Part shown: positions 39,312 to 49,155 of the stretch, piece after piece
Layout: every line of letters begins with the position of its first letter
How positions within the stretch are numbered: position 1 is the stretch's first letter
Notes under the pieces: model-generated
Database searches by the model: none
The model's input: only the letters and a program-made list of their open reading frames with translations
What the model was told of the DNA's origin: nothing
Made by a program: the position numbers and the translations under genes
DNA from: a virus
IMG/VR virus record: IMGVR_UViG_3300014947_000001
Length of the DNA: 64,000 nt
Reading direction: 5' to 3' (one strand)

Positions 39312-40841
39312 ATGAAACCAGTAACTGATTACGAAAAGATAAAAGACTTACTATTTAATAGTGATAAAAACTTATTTATTACAGGACCCGGAGGAACCGG
39401 AAAGACTTATCTTATAAATTCATATCTTGCAACAGCAACCAATGCTATCGTATGCGGAACGACCGGTATGGCAGCGGCAAACATTGGTGGGGATACGATG
39501 CATCGGATCTTTGCAATTCCAGTACCAGCATGCGGAGCCGACTTAAAGAAGATTGATCAATCCCGTATCAAGCCATTGATCAAAGCGGATGTTGTGATCA
39601 TTGATGAGATCTCAATGTGCAGAAACGATACCTTTTCTTTCATGTATAAAGTACTCAAAAAAGCTGAGCGTCTAAAAGGCAAGCGAATCCGTCTTATTGT
39701 CGTCGGAGATTTTTCACAATTACCTCCAGTCGTCACAACTTCGGACGCCAAATTATTGAAAAAGTTCGGATTCGATACATCCGGATTCGCATTTACAACC
39801 AAAGAATGGGGAACCTGTAAATTTACAGTATGTGAGTTGACGGAAGTCCGTAGACAAAGTGACGTCGAATTTATTAAGGAATTACACAGAGCCAGACTTG
39901 CAGATAAAAAGTGTATTCCCTATTTCAATGGGTTTCTGACCGATATACCGCCTGATGATGTGATTCGATTATGCGGAACCAATGCTGAAGTGGAAAAGAT
40001 CAACCGGATGTATTTAGACAGTCTGCCAGGACTGCCGGTCCCCTATCAGTGTACAAAAGAAGGGAGAATAACCGGTAATTACATCGACGAGATCATTTTG
40101 CTCAAAGAAGGCGCCCGGGTAGTGTTCCTTGCAAATGATATCAAATGTCAGTACAGGAACGGACAAATGGGCACGGTACTCTCTTGCTATCCTGACCATG
40201 TTCTTGTACAAGTGGATGGGAAAGAAATTAATGTATACCAACATGAATTTATCCATTATGAATACAAAGTGAAAAGCAATACTCTGCTTCGTGATGAAGT
40301 CGGCGTCGTAAAACAGATCCCTCTTCGTCTGGCTGCTGCAATTACAATCCATAAATCTCAGGGAAAAACATTCGACGCTATGGTACTTTCGCCTAAGATA
40401 TTCGCTGCCGGTCAGTTATATGTAGCACTCTCTCGGGTTACCGGACCAGATGGACTTTATCTGACAGAGCCGGTTGTTGAAGATTATCTGATGTCTGACA
40501 AAACGGTTCTTAAGTTCTACAAAAATGGATATACCTGGACATACACAAAGAAAAAGACAGCAGATAGTAGGAATAAAGCGAGTTCTAAGTCTACTACTGC
40601 TACTAAGAAAACAACAGCAAAAACAGCTGGTTCCAAAACTTCGAAAACGGTAACTTCGAAAACGAAAACTGCCGGAACCAAAACTTCAAAAACTACTGTG
40701 AAAAAGACGAAAACGGTAACAACGAAACAGAATGGAGTAAAAACAGCCGGAACCAAAACTTCCGGTTCCAATAAAATGCAGACAACAAAGAAAACCAACG
40801 CAAAAGGAACCAAAAAGACGGGTTCTAAAACAACCACATAG
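39312..40841 (+). CDS. PIF1/RecD-like SF1 helicase with Lys/Thr-rich C-terminal tail
   Basis: Walker A ITGPGGTGKT, motif II VVIIDEISM, QLPPV; ~90-aa K/T/S/A low-complexity tail. Confidence 0.8.
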   Translation: MKPVTDYEKIKDLLFNSDKNLFITGPGGTGKTYLINSYLATATNAIVCGTTGMAAANIGGDTMHRIFAIPVPACGADLKKIDQSRIKPLIKADVVIIDEISMCRNDTFSFMYKVLKKAERLKGKRIRLIVVGDFSQLPPVVTTSDAKLLKKFGFDTSGFAFTTKEWGTCKFTVCELTEVRRQSDVEFIKELHRARLADKKCIPYFNGFLTDIPPDDVIRLCGTNAEVEKINRMYLDSLPGLPVPYQCTKEGRITGNYIDEIILLKEGARVVFLANDIKCQYRNGQMGTVLSCYPDHVLVQVDGKEINVYQHEFIHYEYKVKSNTLLRDEVGVVKQIPLRLAAAITIHKSQGKTFDAMVLSPKIFAAGQLYVALSRVTGPDGLYLTEPVVEDYLMSDKTVLKFYKNGYTWTYTKKKTADSRNKASSKSTTATKKTTAKTAGSKTSKTVTSKTKTAGTKTSKTTVKKTKTVTTKQNGVKTAGTKTSGSNKMQTTKKTNAKGTKKTGSKTTT

Positions 40842-40864
40842 GCACAAAATAAGGAGACTATTAT

Positions 40865-41917
40865 TTAGTCTCCTTTGTTTTCTTCTGATTTGTTGGTATC
40901 TTCGTATTTGATGCCTCGGATCAGCTGTTTTCGTTCTTCTGACATCGTTGTGTAAAAATCTTTCGTCGTCTGAATGTTTTTGTGACCTAATGCGGTGGCA
41001 GTCAAATACAAATCTCCTGTTTGATTATAAAGTTTTGTTCCGAAAGTACGTCTTAAGGTATGAGGAGTTACATGCTCTCCAATGGTATCTCCATACGCTT
41101 TGATCATTCGTTCTACGGACCGTACTGATAACCGATCGCCAGTTGCATGTCTTGATGATAAAAATAATGCCCGGTTTGCGTCATCGTAAGGTTGTCTTTC
41201 AAAATCAATATAACGATCGATAGCTTTTCGAACCACATCATTTATAAGTACGTCCTCCTCTTTTCCTCCCTTTCTTGTTACGTGGATTGTCATTGTATTC
41301 CGATTAATGTCATCAATATTTAGATTACATAATTCAGAAACACGGATTCCAGTATACGCAAGTGTTGTTATGATTGCAATATTTCTATACTTTGTATTTT
41401 CAAGATAAAACAAAGATTCTGGTTTTCCAACACAAGCCTTCACATTATTCAACAATTCTACTGTTTCGTCACTTGTTAGTGGTCGTTTCTTTTCCAATTC
41501 CGCTTTTGGTCTATCTATTAATTTTGCAACATTCATAGAAAGTCCTTTGAATGTAACCAGATATTGGAAAAAAGCTCGCATACAGCTTAGCTTTTGTGCT
41601 CTTGCTTTTGCTTCATTATGTACTGTTTCATACTCAGTCATATGCAAACGTAAATAACTCATATATTTTTGCATATCAAGAGCATTGATTTGATTTAACA
41701 TATCTATTGTGATATCGCTATATTCAGAAATCAAAGAATTTCGGTCAATCAAAAATTGAAAGAAATTACGAATATTATATGCATATGAAATCATCGTATT
41801 GTAAGATCTGCCCAATGTTCCGTCACAATAATCAAAATAGTCTTTTACGTAGTCTGGAAGATCTACTTTTAACCTATTCAATTGTTGCAGTTTTTTGTAT
41901 TTTACATCTTCTTTCAT
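40865..41917 (-). CDS. int: tyrosine site-specific recombinase / integrase
   Basis: Catalytic motifs R..(ELCNL), HTLRRTF, LGHKNIQTTKDFY; start re-assigned to MKEDVKYKK. Confidence 0.9.
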   Translation of the reverse strand: MKEDVKYKKLQQLNRLKVDLPDYVKDYFDYCDGTLGRSYNTMISYAYNIRNFFQFLIDRNSLISEYSDITIDMLNQINALDMQKYMSYLRLHMTEYETVHNEAKARAQKLSCMRAFFQYLVTFKGLSMNVAKLIDRPKAELEKKRPLTSDETVELLNNVKACVGKPESLFYLENTKYRNIAIITTLAYTGIRVSELCNLNIDDINRNTMTIHVTRKGGKEEDVLINDVVRKAIDRYIDFERQPYDDANRALFLSSRHATGDRLSVRSVERMIKAYGDTIGEHVTPHTLRRTFGTKLYNQTGDLYLTATALGHKNIQTTKDFYTTMSEERKQLIRGIKYEDTNKSEENKGD

Positions 41918-41956
41918 AATGAATATTATAGAACGAATACGAAAAAATGGCAACAA

Positions 41957-41989
41957 ATCTGACGAGTTTTCCATACTTTGAGCCTTATC
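41957..41989 (+). promoter_or_regulatory. Family-1 motif
   Basis: atctgacgagttttccatactttgagccttatc; overlaps the integrase 5' region on the opposite strand. Confidence 0.45.
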
Positions 41990-42031
41990 ATATGTAAACA
42001 AATAATTCGAAAACAAAAGGAGATTTTTACA

Positions 42032-42313
42032 ATGAGAACAATCAAGGAAGATACGGTTAAAGAAGCAATCGATTTCTATGGTGCGAACATTCAGGCAACA
42101 ATCTGTATGGAAGAATGCGCAGAGCTTATCCAATGCATCAGCAAAGAGATTCGAGGCAAATCAAACATTGATCATCTTGCTGAGAAAATGGCAGATGTAT
42201 GTATCTGTATTGAGGCTTTAAAACAGATTTATGGTATTTCAGATGAGCAGATGCAGTTCTGGATTGATTTCAAACAGAAACGTATCGAGGATCGTATGTT
42301 GAAAGGAGAATAA
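42032..42313 (+). CDS. MazG-like nucleotide pyrophosphohydrolase
   Basis: RBS aaaggagatttttacaATG; EECAELIQ...EKMADV, typical of all-alpha NTP-PPases. Confidence 0.5.
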   Translation: MRTIKEDTVKEAIDFYGANIQATICMEECAELIQCISKEIRGKSNIDHLAEKMADVCICIEALKQIYGISDEQMQFWIDFKQKRIEDRMLKGE

Positions 42314-42316
42314 CTT

Positions 42317-42739
42317 ATGATCATTCGAATGACAGTGCACGATAACGATTTCCAAGATATCATGAGCTGTTTTGTTCATAATTTGTATAATGGATTGACT
42401 TCGATTTCAACAGATTTATACACAAAATATACGCTCGAAGGCCCGGATAGCGAGGCATTTGATGAATATATACAGTGCTCTATTCGTGTAAACAAAATTC
42501 GAGAATTGCTTAATCCGAATACAACACTTGTACTGTCTGATGACGAAAAGCAACTTATTCTTCAGAGAGTTAAAAGCATATTCGATGATTATGTTACACA
42601 TCACGAACCGAATAAAAATGCAGCCGATTATCTTCGGAACCAATTTGAGGCTTCCATCATTGGATGTGTAACAGACAGAGACGAAAACGGAGAAGCCTGG
42701 TATTGGTTCCAAACATCCGGCTGCGTCATGAACCAATAA
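42317..42739 (+). CDS. hypothetical protein
   Basis: RBS gaaaggagaataacttATG. Confidence 0.45.
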   Translation: MIIRMTVHDNDFQDIMSCFVHNLYNGLTSISTDLYTKYTLEGPDSEAFDEYIQCSIRVNKIRELLNPNTTLVLSDDEKQLILQRVKSIFDDYVTHHEPNKNAADYLRNQFEASIIGCVTDRDENGEAWYWFQTSGCVMNQ

Positions 42740-42757
42740 CAGGAGGAGGCTATATTT

Positions 42758-42937
42758 ATGTTTCTGAGATTCATGATTTTCATGGGTATATTCATTATCT
42801 CCGCAGTTTGTAGCTTTATTATGACAGAACTGCGTGAGCAGCACCCTGAAAACAAACGATATAAAATATACTGCATATTGAGTTTTATCGTCGTTGCAAT
42901 TGCAATAATTGTAGGGTTATACATATTAAGACACTGA
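42758..42937 (+). CDS. small membrane protein (59 aa)
   Basis: RBS acaggaggaggctatatttATG; two transmembrane segments. Confidence 0.4.
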   Translation: MFLRFMIFMGIFIISAVCSFIMTELREQHPENKRYKIYCILSFIVVAIAIIVGLYILRH

Positions 42938-43003
42938 TCAGCGAAAAAGAGAAGTCTACTCTTATGCTTCTCTTTTTTTTTGTTATTCCTTTGTTCAGAA
43001 CTC

Positions 43004-43017
43004 ACACATATTTAACT
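43004..43017 (+). promoter_or_regulatory. Family-2 motif
   Basis: ctcacacatatttaactg ~50 nt upstream of the 43066 start. Confidence 0.4.
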
Positions 43018-43065
43018 GTAGCAGGGAAAATTCCTGTAAACATTGATTAGTGGAGGAAACAAATA

Positions 43066-43923
43066 ATGGCAAAGGAAAACTATATTTCGCTTAAGGGTCA
43101 GTTACGAGGCGATGTTCGTTTTGTGACGGATCCGGACACTGGTGAAATTACATCCGCAATGTTCCCATTATACGTATTAAGACGTAATATTTGGGATCGC
43201 GCAGGTAATCTCTCACCGAAATTCGACAGACCGATCATTTTGACATCAGACAAAGAGATCATCAGAGCTGTCAAAGAACTTAAGAAGTACGATATCGTCG
43301 AAGTAAAAGGATCGTTCCGTACTAAAATGTCATCTCGACATAAGGTTTGCGAGGCTTGTGGAGAAACTACCACTGTAAACGCCCCTATCCAGCTTATCAA
43401 TCCGTCTTTCGTTGGCGCTGTCGTAACAAACATTCAGAATAACACAGAAGGACTCAATTATCTGTTAAATGTAGCAGAGATTTCAAATATCGCTAAAGTG
43501 ATCGGACGTGTGTGTTGTCCTACAGATTCGATCACAATGGCAGAAACCGAAAATGGCGTTCCATATTGCAGATATCAGCTTGCTGTAAACCGAAAGCTTT
43601 ATGTTGCTGATTCTGATGGAGAAGAAGATCATGCAGATTACCCTGTTGTAATCAGTTATGGCGATATCGCTTATGATGACCATGATGTTTTGCAACAGAA
43701 TGCTCTTGTTTACCTGGATGGATATATTCATGTGATCCAGCAGGAAAGGACCACAATCTGTCCACATTGTGGAGCAACGATTCCTTATAAAACGGCTTCT
43801 ATGACGCTGAGTCCATATTCTATGGAGTACTTACGAGATTTCAAAGATGATGTTCTCGAGTCTACACATATGGTCGACGAACCAAGAGAAGACGAACCGC
43901 TTCATGATTCGGATAAAGAATAA
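43066..43923 (+). CDS. SSB-like protein with two OB-folds and zinc ribbons
   Basis: RBS tagtggaggaaacaaataATG; N-terminus ISLKGQLRGDVRF resembles SSB beta1; internal duplication; CEACG and CPHCG. Confidence 0.4.
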   Translation: MAKENYISLKGQLRGDVRFVTDPDTGEITSAMFPLYVLRRNIWDRAGNLSPKFDRPIILTSDKEIIRAVKELKKYDIVEVKGSFRTKMSSRHKVCEACGETTTVNAPIQLINPSFVGAVVTNIQNNTEGLNYLLNVAEISNIAKVIGRVCCPTDSITMAETENGVPYCRYQLAVNRKLYVADSDGEEDHADYPVVISYGDIAYDDHDVLQQNALVYLDGYIHVIQQERTTICPHCGATIPYKTASMTLSPYSMEYLRDFKDDVLESTHMVDEPREDEPLHDSDKE

Positions 43924-43927
43924 CTAA

Positions 43928-44161
43928 TTGGAGGAAAGTATTATGACTGATTACGACAGAAAATGGGTTAAATGGTTACTCCTTGGTATGGTTCTTGGTT
44001 ATGTGGTTGGAAAAGTGATTACGGTATTGCTTGGAATCGTTATTACAGACGAAGCGATTTACGAATTTGTTAAATTGATTCCAGCTGGAATGTCCGTGCT
44101 TGGTTTATTCCTCGTACTCTTCCGTTACAACAAAGAAAAAGAAGACCAGCTTGGCGAATAA
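43928..44161 (+). CDS. small membrane protein
   Basis: RBS attggaggaaagtattATG. Confidence 0.4.
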   Translation: MEESIMTDYDRKWVKWLLLGMVLGYVVGKVITVLLGIVITDEAIYEFVKLIPAGMSVLGLFLVLFRYNKEKEDQLGE

Positions 44162-44366
44162 CATATAATTCAGCAAAAAAAATGGCACCGTTTGAGAGTT
44201 TACTATCTCTTTCGGTGCTATTTCGTTGTTTTCAATCGTTTTGTAAACGTTCATTCCGGTGCCGCTGCCTTACGAATGCCAGTACACCAGAAATCATTTT
44301 CTATTATCGCCAGTGCGTCGCTTTTCTTTTGATTTACGACGTACTAATGGCGGATCTACCTACATC

Positions 44367-45125
44367 CTAATTTCCGAAAACATCATGATTTCGACGTTCT
44401 ATAGCCAAATCATCCATAACTTTCTGATTTTCACTTATCTTCTGCAGTCTTTCTCCCATTTTTACAGCCACTCTTTCTGTTTCCGGCATTTCGTAAACCA
44501 TATAATCAGTCCAATATTCCCAGCACGACCATGTTTTAATCTCTGGTTTGTACTCAACCAAACTGTTTACGATTTTACTGAGCAACTTATGATCTGTCTC
44601 ACGTTCGAACAGGCGCAAACATTCCAGTATTCTTGAAATGCGCAATAAGTTATGGTTTCCGTTTTGTAACCACTCTTCTATGCGCGCTTTATGGAATACC
44701 CATGATGTACGCCGACCTTTCGTAACCACAACGATCGTGTCATCTCCTTTTTCCTCCAGCTCGATATTACTCATAAGCTGCACCCCATAAAACAGGAGCA
44801 TTCTCATGAACATCCGGTGAAGGTTTTCTTTCACCAAACCAATATCTGCGAGTTTCTTAGCCTGCTCCCTGGATATTACGGGTGCCAAAGCGTTATATTT
44901 AGACTGCGTTTCTGTTGGAAATACCCATTGAATATACGAATGGTCGTTCTCTAACTGTAAATCATTATATCGGATGATCTGGTTGTAAGTTCGTCCATGT
45001 CTATCAGTTCCGGTCCCGATCAAAAATGACTCCAGGTTTGCAGTCTCATTTTTGTTTTCTATATTTGGTTTTGTCTTTGGTTTCCTGAAGAATGAAAACA
45101 TATGAATTCTCCTCTCTTTTCTCAA
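44367..45125 (-). CDS. hypothetical protein
   Basis: 252-aa ORF; alternative start MFSFFRK possible. Confidence 0.45.
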   Translation of the reverse strand: MRKERRIHMFSFFRKPKTKPNIENKNETANLESFLIGTGTDRHGRTYNQIIRYNDLQLENDHSYIQWVFPTETQSKYNALAPVISREQAKKLADIGLVKENLHRMFMRMLLFYGVQLMSNIELEEKGDDTIVVVTKGRRTSWVFHKARIEEWLQNGNHNLLRISRILECLRLFERETDHKLLSKIVNSLVEYKPEIKTWSCWEYWTDYMVYEMPETERVAVKMGERLQKISENQKVMDDLAIERRNHDVFGN

Positions 45126-45140
45126 ACATTTTTATATTTC

Positions 45141-45152
45141 TTAAATATGGAT
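45141..45152 (-). promoter_or_regulatory. Family-2 motif (minus strand)
   Basis: Plus-strand cttaaatatgga = tccatatttaag on the minus strand, upstream of the 45125 start. Confidence 0.35.
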
Positions 45153-45206
45153 GACGAGAGATCAAAGAAAAACAGCCCTGTTTCCAGAGCTGTCGTGTTT
45201 CCTATT

Positions 45207-45608
45207 TTATTCATTTGTTTCGGAAGCTTCATCTATCGTTTCCGGCTCTACTGCTTCTCCCATCAACTCAGAATAATGCATGAAAAGCATTACGATCGGA
45301 CAACAAACAAAATAGATCATACCAATAGCAAATCCCATAAGTACGAAGAATATTGTTATCAGTAGTCCTACAAGGCTAAATCCCGGGAATGTCAGATGAC
45401 TTGTAAAAATACGAAAAGCCCTACTTAACGCATACAACAGGGCAGTCCAACCATTGATCAATAGGTATGACACTACAGCCATCGGAATTCCGATCAGATA
45501 CCCACCTTCTTCAGCATAATAACCCGTCATAAAAACCGTTACGATCGGTGTTGTAATTGACATAATTGCTGCTGCTATCATTCTTTTACTCCATGTTACA
45601 TTTTCCAT
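45207..45608 (-). CDS. multi-transmembrane protein, tandem paralog
   Basis: RBS gaaaaggagatttaggattATG; four transmembrane segments. Confidence 0.5.
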   Translation of the reverse strand: MENVTWSKRMIAAAIMSITTPIVTVFMTGYYAEEGGYLIGIPMAVVSYLLINGWTALLYALSRAFRIFTSHLTFPGFSLVGLLITIFFVLMGFAIGMIYFVCCPIVMLFMHYSELMGEAVEPETIDEASETNE

Positions 45609-45708
45609 AATCCTAAATCTCCTTTTCTTTTTGTTATATGTTATTTTTAGGTTACACTTATTAGACAAGCAAAATCGTCAACAGGTTTTAAAGATTACAA
45701 AATATTTC

Positions 45709-46074
45709 TCATTCTTCTACAACCCAATTGCTAAGATCATAAAGAAGCATCAGGATAAATGCGATTACAAACCCAATATTCAAGACGATTGCTGCTGTAT
45801 TTCCGGTACATAAACTCATAAGGAATACCATTATGACAAATGCAATAAAAGTACCCCAAAGAGAGAATGTTGAAATAAATACCAATACAAGAGCTGTAAC
45901 TACCACATAGATGGAAGCGGTGCTGCCTACGAATTCCACAATGTCGAATAACATTGTCCTGTCTTCGCTAAGCCGGTCAATAAAAGTTGGAATAGCCTCG
46001 AATACTACAAACAAAGCCATCAGGGCTACCTTAACCAGTGTGAATACTACATACAATACATTTACAGATTTCAT
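45709..46074 (-). CDS. multi-transmembrane protein, tandem paralog
   Basis: RBS cgaaaaggagaaaacgaaaATG; conserved upstream element CTTATTAGACA.AGCAAA...AACAGGTTTTA shared with 45207. Confidence 0.5.
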   Translation of the reverse strand: MKSVNVLYVVFTLVKVALMALFVVFEAIPTFIDRLSEDRTMLFDIVEFVGSTASIYVVVTALVLVFISTFSLWGTFIAFVIMVFLMSLCTGNTAAIVLNIGFVIAFILMLLYDLSNWVVEE

Positions 46075-46524
46075 TTTCGTTTTCTCCTTTTCGTGTTTGA
46101 AATTTTTGTTCCGTATACTTATTAGACAGAGCAAATCACAAACAGGTTTTACGAAAACGAAAAATATTTATAAAAAGTTTCTGAGATAGTAAATCGCATG
46201 CAAAAATATAGAGCTCGACACGTGAATACGAGCATTTGTTTAGCATCATTGGAGCCCAAATATACGCATGCAGACATACCGAAAATGACGTTATTTTTAA
46301 AAAAGCGTCAAATGAGTTTGAAAACACAGACACCGCAAACCCAGTAAATTCAAGAGTTCTGGACTTTTCAAAACATGGTGTCAAAAGCCCCTATGGGTAC
46401 CCGAAGAAAGATTTGACACCATCCTGGGTTTCAAAGCCTGTTATCCTTTCAAGTTCTCTCAAACACTGAAAACTGAGCATAAGAAAAACAGCCCTGAATT
46501 TCAGAGCTGTCGTTTTCTCATTTG

Positions 46525-46722
46525 TTATTCTTTTGTTTTTTGAAGCCCTTTCCACGTAGCATGAGTTTTGCACCATTCTTTGTCTCCATTTGCACATGGG
46601 CTACTCTGATCGGCTTCGTATGTACAGAACTCGCACACCAGCTGGTCTCCATACATTAATTTCTGAATGATGGTCTTCGCTTGCTGCAGTTCTTTCCTAT
46701 ATCTTCTCTTTTGTCGTTTCAT
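46525..46722 (-). CDS. small Cys-containing protein
   Basis: 65 aa; CEFC...C..C. Confidence 0.3.
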   Translation of the reverse strand: MKRQKRRYRKELQQAKTIIQKLMYGDQLVCEFCTYEADQSSPCANGDKEWCKTHATWKGLQKTKE

Positions 46723-46759
46723 TCGTATTTTGACCTTTTCTATATTTTCTTTCGTTCTG

Positions 46760-48241
46760 TTAATCGATAACCGGTGAGAATATACTCAGTTGGTCGATCA
46801 TATCTTCCGGGTTATCCTCTGATTTATTGAAATAGAAATCTAAATCCTGGATCTCGATATCAGTGAGTGCAAAGAATTCTATATAATACATTTGTTTTGT
46901 TGCTTGATATCTGTAATTTTTGATGAAAATTCCTTTCTCTTTGTATTCCTCAAGCGCTTCTGCAATTGCTGCATTGTTATCCTTTTTATTAGCATCTCCA
47001 AAGTTTACCCAGCGCAGGAAGCTCTCGTACTTAATATTCATCGGATATACTTGTACTTCCATACCTTTTTCTACGGCTGTCTCGTAAGCTGATACTCTTT
47101 GTTTCATGAATGGATAATACAAGATGCGAGCCGTATTATCTTCCAGATTGTTTAACGGTTCTGCTGGCATCTTTCTGATCTTATTTTCCTTGATCTCATC
47201 CATCAGATACTGAGACATTACAATGTAAATGATATTCTGTTTCTCATCTCGTTCACATTCTGCAATCAATCGTCGACCACCGGTCACATTATCGAATGAG
47301 TATGATTCAAACCCTAATGCCCACATCTTATAGCATCGATTCCAGATATCTTCATACTGGTTCGCACTTGGATTCGATTTTACATTGCCACTGATTGCAT
47401 GGTATATATCAATAATTCGAATCGGCAACGGACGAACAGTGCTTGAACTTTGTTCCCACTGCAGTATCAGATAAGATAGTATCTGTAAATCTTTGGAATC
47501 GAATAGTTGGATACTCTCTTTCTTTTTAAACATATCTGGAGGAAACGTCATGACAGTTCTGTGTTTTCCGTCTTCGCTGCGGTATACTTCAAGTTTTCCG
47601 TTCTGCAGATCTTCCTTTTTGACCATCTGTTTTTTGTTTACGAATAATGAATTCGCGCTAATGTCGTCAACTCCTACGTAAACAACTGAAGACAGGTCAA
47701 ATCCGTAATCCTCCTCCGCTATATTCAATATGTTGATGGTGAGATCCATAATAAAGTCTTTTTCCTGTGCTTTTGGTGTTTTCTTTCCTTGACCAGGGAA
47801 ATCGATCATTTTGGTATCGTTATCTAATGCCCATTCTTTTATGATACGCAACTGTTCTTGTTCCATTGATGGAAAATCCGGATACACTTTATTATTCAGA
47901 ACGAGCTGTCCTGTCAGATTGTATACGGTTAATGCGTCACGATAAAAATAGGAATCCGATTCATTTTTCCATTCATTTGTCTCTACCATGTCGGAACAAT
48001 TCTTATAGTATCGATTTTTCTTTCTGATAAGTGCTTTTTTCTTTACACCAGCTATCTTTCTTAGTTCTATTCTATCTGTTGTTCCGAGTTCCTCAATTAA
48101 CACACTTTCCACGAAGGATTCTATCGGTTTATTAAATATTTTGTAACGATCTTTTCTGTTTTCGTGATATTCAATAATGGCTGGATCTACTTTGCTCGTT
48201 ATTTTGTTAATGAAACTTTTTGAATACTTGATCGAACCCAT
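46760..48241 (-). CDS. putative replication protein (adjacent to iterons)
   Basis: 493 aa; transcribed divergently from the iteron array; no recognisable motif. Confidence 0.4.
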   Translation of the reverse strand: MGSIKYSKSFINKITSKVDPAIIEYHENRKDRYKIFNKPIESFVESVLIEELGTTDRIELRKIAGVKKKALIRKKNRYYKNCSDMVETNEWKNESDSYFYRDALTVYNLTGQLVLNNKVYPDFPSMEQEQLRIIKEWALDNDTKMIDFPGQGKKTPKAQEKDFIMDLTINILNIAEEDYGFDLSSVVYVGVDDISANSLFVNKKQMVKKEDLQNGKLEVYRSEDGKHRTVMTFPPDMFKKKESIQLFDSKDLQILSYLILQWEQSSSTVRPLPIRIIDIYHAISGNVKSNPSANQYEDIWNRCYKMWALGFESYSFDNVTGGRRLIAECERDEKQNIIYIVMSQYLMDEIKENKIRKMPAEPLNNLEDNTARILYYPFMKQRVSAYETAVEKGMEVQVYPMNIKYESFLRWVNFGDANKKDNNAAIAEALEEYKEKGIFIKNYRYQATKQMYYIEFFALTDIEIQDLDFYFNKSEDNPEDMIDQLSIFSPVID

Positions 48242-48324
48242 TCTGTTATCCTCCGTTCTTATAGCATCATTATAATTGTTTTTGGTCCGTTGTGCAATTG
48301 ATAGAATTTGGCACTGCTTCTTTC

Positions 48325-49075
48325 GTTATTGCTTCATTTGGTACCGTATTTTTCGATAAGCGTTCATTTGGTACCTGTTTCTTTCGATAAACACTCATTT
48401 GGTGCCGTATTTTTCGATAAATCTAATTTGGTGCCGTATTTTTCGATAAACACTCATTTGGTACCGTATTTTTCGATAAATCTAATTTGGTACCATATTT
48501 TTCGATATTTCTCATTTGGTACCGCATTTTTCGATAAACGTTCATTTGGTACCGCATTTTTCGATAAGTTCTCATTTGGTACCTGTTTCCTTCGATATTT
48601 TTCAATCGGTGCCATATTTTTCGATAAACGTTCATTTGGTACCGCATTTTTCGATACAGCTTCATTTGGTGCCATATTTTTCGATATTTCTCAAAAGGTA
48701 CCATATTTTTCGATAAGCATTCATTTGGTACCATATTTTTCGATAAAATCTCATTTGGTACCTGTTTCTTTCGATATTTTTCAAACGGTACCATATTTTT
48801 CGATAAGCATTCATTTGGTGCTATATTTTTCGATAAAACTATTTTGGTACCTGTTTTCTTCGATATTCACTCATTCGGTACCGTTTCTTTCGATATTGAT
48901 TCATTTGGTACCTATTTCTTTCGATTCTGTGCATTCTTTTCGATAAACGACTTTTCTTTCGATAAAACAAATTTTGACCCCTGTTTTTTCGATATTCACT
49001 CATTCGGTACCGTTTCTTTCGATATTTTCTCATTCGGTACCTACTGGTTCGATTTATTCGTTTTTGTTTCGATTT
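48325..49075. repeat. iteron array (~22 x ~31-bp direct repeats), candidate origin of replication
   Basis: Unit TCATTTGGTACCGTATTTTTCGATAAACG; core TTTGGTACC(G/A)TATTTTTCGATA; lies between divergent rep-like genes. Confidence 0.8.
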
Positions 49076-49155
49076 CTGCTGTTTTGGGAACCCTTTACTT
49101 TTGTCGATTAAACTGTTATGTTTGTGGAAAATGTTAGAAGAAAGGAGTTGACGCG

